Shown piece by piece: positions 51,801-63,700 of a stretch of DNA of 64,000 nt. Every line of letters starts with the position of its first letter. The first letter of the stretch is position 1. The DNA comes from Utricularia gibba (taxonomy: Eukaryota; Plantae; Magnoliophyta): NCBI GenBank assembly GCA_002189035.1, contig NEEC01000107.1:62001-126000 (forward strand), read 5' to 3'. The notes under the pieces were generated by a model. The model worked only from the letters and a program-made list of their open reading frames with translations. It was not told the origin of the DNA and made no database searches. Both the position numbers and the translations under genes were made by a program.

Positions 51801-54800
51801 AAGCTTGTGGAGAAAACCATTTGGGGTGCTCATGACATCCTAACTTCAATAAATGCATCACGATTTTCGTCGAATAGGACCCGATTGGGCTCAGGAGTCG
51901 AACGAACCTTGGGTCCGGATGAACTTCCCAACGAAAGCACCCACCCAAAAACGACAAGCTTTTCCTTCAGAAACATGTAGGCAGCTGCCGAAAACCCAAC
52001 GTTAATAAATGGATCACTTTTTTTGCCGGGCTACAAATGACTATGGGCCCGAGTTCGACCCGACCTCCGGCCGATCCTAGTGCCCCTCGAGAGCGCCTCC
52101 TCAAATAAAAAGCTTGTGGTTGAGAAAACCATTTGGGGTGCTCATGACATCCTAACTTCAAAAAATGCATCACGATTTTCGTCGAATAGGACCCGATTGG
52201 GCTCAGGAGTCGAACCGAACCTTGGGTCCGGACGAATTCCAACGAAAGCACCCACCCAAAAACGACAAGCTTTTCCTTCAGAAACCATGTAGGCAGCTGC
52301 CGAAAACCCAACGTTAATAAATGGATCACTTTTTTTGCCGGGCTACAAATGACTATGGGCCCGAGCCGACCGACCTCCGGCCGATCCTGGTGCCCCTCGA
52401 GAGCGCCTCCTCAAATATAAAGCTTGTGGAGAAAACCATTTGGGGTGCTCATGACATCCTAACTTCAAAAAATGCATCACGATTTTCGTCGAATAGGACC
52501 CGATTGGGCTCAGGAGTCGAACCGAACCTTGGGTCCGGACGAAGTTCCCAACAAAGCACCCACCCAAAAACGACAAGCTTTTCCTTCAGAAACCATGTAG
52601 GCAGCTGCCCGAAAACCCAACGTTAATAAATGGATCACTTTTTTTGCCGGGCTACAAATGACTATGGGCCCGAGCCCGGACCTCCGGCCCGATCCTAGTG
52701 CCCCTCGAGAGCGCCTCCTCAAATAAAGCTTGTGGATGAGAAAACCATTTGGGGTGCTCATGACATCCTAACTTCAAAAAATGCATCACGATTTTCGTCG
52801 AATAGGACCCGATTGGGCTCAGGAGTCGAACCGAACCTTGGGTCCGGATGAACTTCCCAACGAAAGCACCCACCCAAAAACGACAAGCTTTTCCTTCAGA
52901 AACCATGTAGGCAGCTGCCGAAAACCCAACGTTAATAAATGGATCACTTTTTTTGCCGGGCTACAAATGACTATGGGCCCGAGCGACCCGACCTCCGGCC
53001 GATCCTAGTGCCCCTCGAGAGCGCCTCCTCAAATATAAAGCTTGTGGAGAAAACCATTTGGGGTGCTCATGACATCCTAACTTCAAAAAATGCATCACGA
53101 TTTTCGTCGAATAGGACCCGATTGGGCTCAGGAGTCGAACGAACCTTGGGTCCGGACGAATTCCCAACAAAGCACCCACCAAAAACGACAAGCTTTTCCT
53201 TCAGAAACCATGTAGGCAGCTGCCGAAAACCCAACGTTAATAAATGGATCACTTTTTTGCCGGGCTACAAATGACTATGGGCCCGAGCCCGACCCGACCT
53301 CCGGCCCGATCCTGGTGCCCCTCGAGAGCGCCTCCTCAATATAAAGCTTGTGGATGAGAAAACCATTTGGGGTGCTCATGACATCCTAACTTCAAAAATG
53401 CATCACGATTTTCGTCGAATAGGACCGATTGGGCTCGAACGAACTTCCCAACGAAAGCACCCAAAAACGACAAGCTTTTCCTTCAGAAACCATGTAGGCA
53501 GCTGCCGAAAACCCAACGTTAATAAATGGATCACTTTTTTGCCGGGCTACAAATGACTATGGGCCGAGCCCGACGACCTCCGGCCCGATCCTAGTGCCCC
53601 TCGAGAGCGCCTCCTCAAATATAAAGCTTGTGGACAAGAAAACCATTTGGGGTGCTCATGACATCCTAACTTCAAAAAATGCATCACGATTTTCGTCGAA
53701 TAGGACCCGATTGGGCTCAGGAGTCGAACCGAACCTTGGGTCCGGACGAATTCCCAACAAAGCACCCACCCAAAAACGACAAGCTTTTCCTTCAGAAACC
53801 ATGTAGGCAGCTGCCGAAAACCCAACGTTAATAAATGGATCACTTTTTTTGCCGGGCTACAAATGACTATGGGCCCGAGCGAATGACCTCCGGCCCGATC
53901 CTAGTGCCCCTCGAGAGCGCCTCCTCAAATAAAAAGCTTGTGGTGAGAAAACCATTTGGGGTGCTCATGACATCCTAACTTCAAAAAAATGCATCACGAT
54001 TTCGTCGAATAGGACCCGATTGGGCTCAGGAGTCGAACGAACCTTGGGTCCGGACGAACTTCCAACAAAGCACCCCCAAAAACGACAAGCTTTTCCTTCA
54101 GAAACCATGTAGGCAGCTGCCGAAAACCCAACGTTAATAAATGGATCACTTTTTTTGCCGGGCTACAAATGACTATGGGCCCGAGCCCGACCCGACCTCC
54201 GGCCCGATCCTGGTGCCCCTCGAGAGCGCCTCCTCAAATATAAAGCTTGTGGATGAGAAAACCATTTGGGGTGCTCATGACATCCTAACTTCAAAAATGC
54301 ATCACGATTTTCGTCGAATAGGACCTGGGTCCGGACGAATTCCCAACGAAAGCACCCAACCAAAAACGACAAGCTTTTCCTTCAGAAACCATGTAGGCAG
54401 CTGCCGAAAACCCAACGTTAATAAATGGATCACTTTTTTGCCGGGCTACAAATGACTATGGGCCCGAGCCGACGACCTCCGGCCCGATCCTAGTGCCCCT
54501 CGAGAGCGCCTCCTCAAATATAAAGCTTGTGGTGAGAAAACCATTTGGGGTGCTCATGACATCCTAACTTCAAAAAATGCATCACGATTTTCGTCGAATA
54601 GGACCCGATTGGGCTCAGGAGTCGAACCGAACCTTGGGTCCGGACGAACTTCCCAACAAAGCACCCACCCAAAAACGACAAGCTTTTCCTTCAGAAACCA
54701 TGTATGCCGAAAACCCAACGTTAATAAATGGATCACTTTTTTTGCCGGGCTACAAATGACTATGGGCCCGAGTTCGACCCGACCTCCGGCCCGATCCTAG

Positions 54801-57799
54801 TGCCCCTCGAGAGCGCCTCCTCAAATAAAAAGCTTGTGGTTGAGAAAACCATTTGGGGTGCTCATGACATCCTAACTTCAATAAATGCATCACGATTTTC
54901 GTCGAATAGGACCCGATTGGGCTCAGGAGTCGAACCGAACCTTGGGTCCGGACGAACTTCCAACAAAGCACCCACCCAAAAACGACAAGCTTTTCCTTCA
55001 GAAACCATGTAGGCAGTGCCGAAAACCCAACGTTAATAAATGGATCACTTTTTTTGCCGGGCTACAAATGACTATGGGGCCGAGCCCGACCCACCTCCGG
55101 CCCGATCCTGGTGCCCCTCGAGAGCGCCTCCTCAAATATAAAGCTTGTGGAAAGAAAACCATTTGGGGTGCTCATGACATCCTAACTTCAAAAAATGCAT
55201 CACGATTTTCGTCGAATAGGACCCGATTGGGCTCAGGAGTCGAACCGAACCTTGGGTCCGGACGAACTTCCCAACAAAGCACCCACCAAAAACGACAAGC
55301 TTTTCCTTCAGAAACCATGTAGGCAGCTGCCGAAAACCCAACGTTAATAAATGGATCACTTTTTTTGCCGGGCTACAAATGACTATGGGCCCGAGCCGAC
55401 CCGACCTCCGGCCGATCCTAGTGCCCCTCGAGAGCGCCTCCTCAAATATAAAGCTTGTGGTTGAGAAAACCATTTGGGGTGCTCATGACATCCTAACTTC
55501 AAAAATGCATCACGATTTTCGTCGAATAGGACCGATTGGGTTCCCAACGAAAGCACCCACCCAAAAACGACAAGCTTTTCCTTCAGAAACATGTAGGCAG
55601 CTGCCGAAAACCCAACGTTAATAAATGGATCACTTTTTTGCCGGGCTACAAATGACTATGGGCCGAGCCGAATGACCTCCGGCCCGATCCTAGTGCCCCT
55701 CGAGAGCGCCTCCTCAAATATAAAGCTTGTGGTTGAGAAAACCATTTGGGGTGCTCATGACATCCTAACTTCAAAAAATGCATCACGATTTTCGTCGAAT
55801 AGGACCGATTGGGCTCTCGAACGAAGTCCCAACGAAAGCACCCACCCAAAAACGACAAGCTTTTCCTTCAGAAACATGTAGGCAGCTGCCGAAAACCCAA
55901 CGTTAATAAATGGATCACTTTTTTGCCGGGCTACAAATGACTATGGGCCCGAGTTCGACCGACCTCCGGCCCGATCCTAGTGCCCTCGAGAGCGCCTCCT
56001 CAAATAAAAAGCTTGTGGTTGAGAAAACCATTTGGGGTGCTCATGACATCCTAACTTCAAAAAATGCATCACGATTTTCGTCGAATAGGACCCGATTGGG
56101 CTCAGGAGTCGAACCGAACCTTGGGTCCGGACGAACTTCCAACAAAGCACCCACCAAAAAACGACAAGCTTTTCCTTCAGAAACCATGTAGGCAGCTGCC
56201 GAAAACCCAACGTTAATAAATGGATCACTTTTTTTGCCGGGCTACAAATGACTATGGGCCCGAGTTCGACCCGACCTCCGGCCCGATCCTAGTGCCCCTC
56301 GAGAGCGCCTCCTCAAATAAAAAGCTTGTGGTTGAGAAAACCATTTGGGGTGCTCATGACATCCTAACTTCAAAAAATGCATCACGATTTTCGTCGAATA
56401 GGACCCGATTGGGCTCAGGAGTCGAACCGAACCTTGGGTCCGGACGAACTTCCCAACAAAGCACCCACCCAAAAACGACAAGCTTTTCCTTCAGAAACCA
56501 TGTAGGCAGCTGCCGAAAACCCAACGTTAATAAATGGATCACTTTTTTTGCCGGGCTACAAATGACTATGGGCCCGAGCCGACCCGACCTCCGGCCCGAT
56601 CCTAGTGCCCCTCGAGAGCGCCTCCTCAAATAAAAGCTTGTGGATGAGAAAACCATTTGGGGTGCTCATGACATCCTAACTTCAATAAATGCATCACGAT
56701 TTTCGTCGAATAGGACCGATTTCGAGTCGAAGAAAGCCCAAAAACGACAAGCTTTTCCTTCAGAAACCATGTAGGCAGCTGCCGAAAACCCAACGTTAAT
56801 AAATGGATCACTTTTTTTGCCGGGCTACAAATGACTATGGGCCGAGCCCGATGACCTCCGGCCCGATCCTAGTGCCCCTCGAGAGCGCCTCCTCAAATAT
56901 AAAGCTTGTGTTGAGAAAACCATTTGGGTGCTCATGACATCCTAACTTCAAAAAAATGCATCACGATTTTCGTCGAATAGGACCCGATTGGGCTCAGGAG
57001 TCGAACCGAACCTTGGGTCCGGACGAACTTCCCAACAAAGCACCCACCAAAAACGACAAGCTTTTCCTTCAGAAACCATGTAGGCAGCTGCCGAAAACCC
57101 AACGTTAATAAATGGATCACTTTTTTTGCCGGGCTACAAATGACTATGGGCCCGATCGACCCGACCTCCGGCCGATCCTAGTGCCCCTCGAGAGCGCCTC
57201 CTCAAATAAAAAGCTTGTTGAGAAAACCATTTGGGGTGCTCATGACATCCTAACTTCAAAAAATGCATCACGATTTTCGTCGAATAGGACCCGATTGGTC
57301 CGAACGAAGTCCCAATGAAAGCACCCAACCAAAAACGACAAGCTTTTCCTTCAGAAACCATGTAGGCAGCTGCCGAAAACCCAACGTTAATAAATGGATC
57401 ACTTTTTTTGCCGGGCTACAAATGACTATGGGCCCGAGTCGGACCTCCGGCCCGATCCTAGTGCCCCTCGAGAGCGCCTCCTCAAATAAAAAGCTTGTGG
57501 TTGAGAAAACCATTTGGGGTGCTCATGACATCCTAACTTCAAAAAATGCATCACGATTTTCGTCGAATAGGACCCGATTGGGCTCAGGAGTCGAACCGAA
57601 CCTTGGGTCCGGACGAATTCCCAAAAAGCACCCACCCAAAAACGACAAGCTTTCCTTCAGAAACCATGTAGGCAGCTGCCGAAAACCCAACGTTAATAAA
57701 TGGATCACTTTTTTTGCCGGGCTACAAATGACTATGGCCCGAGCCCGACCTCCGGCCCGATCCTGGTGCCCCTCGAGAGCGCCTCCTCAAATATAAAGC

Positions 57800-60700
57800 T
57801 TGTGGAGAAAACCATTTGGGTGCTCATGACATCCTAACTTCAATAAATGCATCACGATTTTCGTCGAATAGGACCGATTGGCTCAGGAGTCGAAACGAAC
57901 CTTGGGTCCGGATGAACTTCCCAACGAAAGCACCCACCAAAAACGACAAGCTTTTCCTTCAGAAACAATGTAGGCAGCTGCCGAAAACCCAACGTTAATA
58001 AATGGATCACTTTTTTGCCGGGCTACAAATGACTATGGGCCCGAGCCCGACCCGACCTCCGGCCGATCCTAGTGCCCCTCGAGAGCGCCTCCTCAAATAT
58101 AAAGTTGTGGTTGAGAAAACCATTTGGGTGCTCATGACATCCTAACTTCAAAAAATGCATCACGATTTTCGTCGAATAGGACCCGATTGGGCTCAGGAGT
58201 CGAACCGAACCTTGGGTCCGGACGAACTTCCCAATGAAAGCACCCACCAAAAAACGACAAGCTTTTCCTTCAGAAACCATGTAGGCAGCTGCCGAAAACC
58301 AACGTTAATAAATGGATCTTTTTTTTTGGGGCTACAAATGACTATGGGCCCGAGCCCGACCCGACCTCCGGCCCGATCCTGTGCCCCTCGAGAGCGCCTC
58401 CTCAAATAAAAGCTGTGGTTGAGAAAACCATTTGGGGTGCTCATGACATCCTAACTTCAATAAATGCATCACGATTTTCGTCGAATAGGACCCGATTGGG
58501 CTCAGGAGTCGAACGAACCTGGGTCCGGACGAACTTCCCAACGAAAGCACCCACCCAAAAACGACAAGCTTTTCCTTCAGAAACCATGTAGCAGCTGCCG
58601 AAAACCCAACGTTAATAAATGGATCACTTTTTTTCCGGGCTACAAATGACTATGGGCCCGAGCCCGACCCGACCTCCGGCCATCCTGGTGCCCCTCGAGA
58701 GCGCCTCCTCAAATATAAAGCTTGTGGATGAGAAAACCATTTGGGGTGCTCATGACATCCTAACTTCAATAAATGCATCACGATTTTCGTCGAATAGGAC
58801 CCGATTGGGCTCAGGAGTCGAACCGAACCTTGGGTCCGGACGAACTTCCCAATGAAAGCACCCACCAAAAACGACAAGCTTTTCCTTCAGAAACCATGTA
58901 GCAGCTGCCGAAAACCAACGTTAATAAATGGATCACTTTTTTTCCGGGCTACAAATGACTATGGGCCCGAGCCCGACCCGACCTCCGCCCGATCCTGGTG
59001 CCCCTCGAGAGCGCCTCCTCAAATATAAAGCTTGTGGATGAGAAAACCATTTGGGGTGCTCATGACATCCTAACTTCAATAAATGCATCACGATTTTCGT
59101 CGAATAGGACCCGATTGGGCTCAGGAGTCGAACCGAACCTTGGGTCCGGACGAACTTCCCAATGAAAGCACCCACCAAAAACGACAAGCTTTTCCTTCAG
59201 AAACCATGTAGGCAGCTGCCGAAAACCCAACGTTAATAAATGGATCACTTTTTTTCCGGGCTACAATGACTATGGGCCCGAGCCGACCCGACCTCCGGCC
59301 CGATCCTGGTGCCCCTCGAGAGCGCCTCCTCAAATAAAAAGCTTGTGGAGAAAACCATTTGGGGTGCTCATGACATCCTAACTTCAATAAATGCATCACG
59401 ATTTTCGTCGAATAGGACCCGATTGGGCTCAGGAGTCGAACCGAACCTTGGGTCCGGACGAACTTCCCAATGAAAGCACCCAACCAAAACGACAAGCTTT
59501 TCCTTCAGAAACCATGTAGGCAGCTGCCGAAAACCCAACGTTAATAAATGGATCACTTTTTTTGCCGGGCTACAAATGACTATGGGCCCGAGCCCGACCC
59601 GACCTCCGGCCCGATCCTGGTGCCCCTCGAGAGCGCCTCCTCAAATAAAAGCATGTGGTTGAGAAAACCATTTGGGGTGCTCATGACATCCTAACTTCAA
59701 TAAATGCATCACGATTTTCGTCGAATAGGACCCGATTGGGCTCAGGAGTCGAACCGAACCTTGGGTCCGGACGAACTTCCCAACGAAAGCACCCACCCAA
59801 AAACGACAAGCTTTTCCTTCAGAAAAATGTAGGCAGCTGCCGAAAACCCAACGTTAATAAATGGATCACTTTTTTTGCCGGGCTACAAATGACTATGGGC
59901 CCGAGCCCGACCCGACCTCCGGCCCGATCCTGGTGCCCCTCGAGAGCGCCTCCTCAAATAAAAAAGCTTGGTTGAGAAAACCATTTGGGGTGCTCATGAC
60001 ATCCTAACTTCAATAAATGCATCACGATTTTCGTCGAATAGGACCCGATTGGGCTCAGGAGTCGAACCGAACCTTGGGTCCGGACGAACTTCCCAATGAA
60101 AGCACCCAACCAAAAACGACAAGCTTTTCCTTCAGAAAAATGTAGGCAGCTGCCGAAAACCCAACGTTAATAAATGGATCACTTTTTTGCCGGGCTACAA
60201 ATGACTATGGGCCGAGCCCGACCCGACCTCCAGCCGATCCTGGTGCCCCTCGAGAGCGCCTCCTCAAATATAAAGCTTGTGGATGAGAAAACCATTTGGG
60301 GTGCTCATGACATCCTAACTTCAATAAATGCATCACGATTTTCGTCGAATAGGACCCGATTGGGCTCAGGAGTCGAACCGAACCTTGGGTCCGGACGAAC
60401 TTCCCAATGAAAGCACCCAACCCAAAAACGACAAGCTTTTCCTTCAGAAAAATGTAGGCAGCTGCCGAAAACCCAACGTTAATAAATGGATCACTTTTTT
60501 TGCCGGGCTACAAATGACTATGGGCCCGAGCCCGACCCGACCTCCGGCCCGATCCTGGTGCCCCTCGAGAGCGCCTCCTCAAATAAAAAGCATGTGGTTG
60601 AGAAAACCATTTGGGGTGCTCATGACATCCTAACTTCAATAAATGCATCACGATTTTCGTCGAATAGGACCCGATTGGGCTCAGGAGTCGAACAGAACCT

Positions 60701-63700
60701 TGGGTCCGGATGAACTTCCAACGAAAGCACCCACCAAAAACGACAAGCTTTTCCTTCAGAAAAATGTAGGCAGCTGCCGAAAACCCAACGTTAATAAATG
60801 GATCACTTTTTTTGCCGGGCTACAAATGACTATGGGCCCGAGCCCGACCGACCTCCGGCCCGATCCTGGTGCCCTCGAGAGCGCCTCCTCAAATATAAAG
60901 CTTGTTGAGAAAACCATTTGGGGTGCTCATGACATCCTAACTTCAATAAATGCATCACGATTTTCGTCGAATAGGACCCGATTGGGCTCAGGAGTCGAAC
61001 CGAACCTTGGGTCCGGACGAACTTCCCAATGAAAGCACCCACCAAAAACGACAAGCTTTTCCTTCAGAAACCATGTAGGCAGCTGCCGAAAACCCAACGT
61101 TAATAAATGGATCACTTTTTTTGCCGGGCTACAAATGACTATGGGCCCGAGCCCGACCCGACCTCCGGCCCGATCCTGGTGCCCCTCGAGAGCGCCTCCT
61201 CAAATATAAAGCTTGTGGATGAAAAACCATTTGGGGTGCTCATGACATCCTAACTTCAATAAATGCATCACGATTTTCGTCGAATAGGACCCGATTGGGC
61301 TCAGGAGTCGAACCGAACCTTGGGTCCGGACGAACTTCCCAATGAAAGCACCCAACCAAAAACGACAAGCTTTTCCTTCAGAAACCATGTAGGCAGCTGC
61401 CGAAAACCCAACGTTAATAAATGGATCACTTTTTTTGCCGGGCTACAAATGACTATGGGCCGAGCCCGACCCGACCTCCGGCCCGATCCTGGTGCCCTCG
61501 AGAGCGCCTCCTCAAATAAAAAGCATGTGGTTGAGAAAACCATTTGGGGTGCTGACATCCTAACTTCAATAAATGCATCACGATTTTCGTCGAATAGGAC
61601 CCGATTGGGCTCAGGAGTCGAACCGAACCTTGGGTCCGGAAACTTCCCAATGAAAGCACCCAACCAAAACGACAAGCTTTTCCTTCAGAAACCATGTAGG
61701 CAGCTGCCGAAAACCCAACGTTAATAAATGGATCACTTTTTTTGCCGGGCTACAAATGACTATGGGCCCGAGCCCGACCCGACCTCCGGCCCGATCCTGG
61801 TGCCCTCGAGAGCGCCTCCTCAAATAAAAAGCTTGTGGTTGAGAAAACCATTTGGGGTGCTCATGACATCCTAACTTCAATAAATGCATCGATTTTCGTC
61901 GAATAGGACCCGATTGGGCTCAGGAGTCGAACAGAACCTTGGGTCCGGATGAACTCCCCAACGAAAGCACCCACCAAAAACGACAAGCTTTTCCTTCAGA
62001 AAAATGTAGGCAGCTGCCGAAAACCCAACGTAATAAAATGGATCACTTTTTTTGCCGGGCTACAAATGACTATGGGCCGAGCCCGACCCGACCTCCGGCC
62101 CGATCCTGGTGCCCGAGAGCGCCTCCTCAAATAAAAGCTTGGTTGAGAAAACCATTTGGGGTGCTCATGACATCCTAACTTCAATAAATGCATCACGATT
62201 TTCGTCGAATAGGACCCGATTGGGCTCAGGAGTCGAACAGAACCTTGGGTCCGGACGAACTTCCCAATGAAAGCACCCACCAAAAAACGACAAGCTTTTC
62301 CTTCAGAAAAAATGTAGGCAGCTGCCGAAAACCCAACGTTAATAAATGGATCACTTTTTTTCCGGGCTACAAATGACTATGGGCCGAGCCCGACCCGACC
62401 TCCGCCCGATCCTGGTGCCCCTCGAGAGCGCCTCCTCAAATATAAAGCTTGTGGATGAGAAAACCATTTGGGGTGCTCATGACATCCTAACTTCAATAAA
62501 TGCATCACGATTTTCGTCGAATAGGACCCGATTGGGCTCAGGAGTCGAACCGAACCTTGGGTCCGGACGAACTTCCCAATGAAAGCACCCACCAAAAACG
62601 ACAAGCTTTTCCTTCAGAAAAAATGTAGGCAGCTGCCGAAAACCCAACGTTAATAAATGGATCACTTTTTTTGCCGGGCTACAAATGACTATGGGCCCGA
62701 GCCCGACCCGACCTCCGCCCGATCCTGGTGCCCCTCGAGAGCGCCTCCTCAAATATAAAGCTTGTGGATGAGAAAACCATTTGGGGTGCTCATGACATCC
62801 TAACTTCAATAAATGCATCACGATTTTCGTCGAATAGGACCCGATTGGGCTCAGGAGTCGAACCGAACCTTGGGTCCGGACGAACTTCCCAATGAAAGCA
62901 CCCCAACCAAACGACAAGCTTTTCCTTCAGAAAAATGTAGGCAGCTGCCGAAAACCCAACGTTAATAAATGGATCACTTTTTTTGCCGGGCTACAAATGA
63001 CTATGGGCCCGAGCCCGACCCGACTCCGCCCGATCCTGGTGCCCCTCGAGAGCGCCTCCTCAAATATAAAGCTTGTGGATGAGAAAACCATTTGGGGTGC
63101 TCATGACATCCTAACTTCAATAAATGCATCACGATTTTCGTCGAATAGGACCCGATTGGGCTCAGGAGTCGAACCGAACCTTGGGTCCGGACGAACTTCC
63201 CAATGAAAGCACCCAACCAAAAACGACAAGCTTTTCCTTCAGAAACCATGTAGGCAGCTGCCGAAAACCCAACGTTAATAAATGGATCACTTTTTTTGGG
63301 GCTACAAATGACTATGGGCCCGAGCCCGACCCGACCTCCGGCCCGATCCTGGTGCCCCTCGAGAGCGCCTCCTCAAATAAAAAGCTTGTGGTTGAGAAAA
63401 CCATTTGGGGTGCTCATGACATCCTAACTTCAATAAATGCATCACGATTTTCGTCGAATAGGACCGATTGGGCTCAGGAGTCGAACAGAACCTTGGGTCC
63501 GGACGAACTTCCCAACGAAAGCACCCACCAAAAACGACAAGCTTTTCCTTCAGAAAATGTAGGCAGCTGCCGAAAACCCAACGTTAATAAATGGATCACT
63601 TTTTTTGCCGGGCTACAAATGACTATGGGCCCGAGCCCGACCCGACTCCGGCCCGATCCTGTGCCCCTCGAGAGCGCTCCTCAAATAAAAAGCTTGTGGT

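Larger units (their letters stand above)
8700..52000 (+). repeat. Central variant layer (AAATATAAAGCTTGTGGA.. / TTCAAAAAATG monomers dominate)
   Basis: TTCAAAAAATG and TATAAAGCTTGTGGA dominate, while the flank markers AATGAAAG and GAAGTTCCC were not seen here by eye. Boundaries are approximate. Confidence 0.7.
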
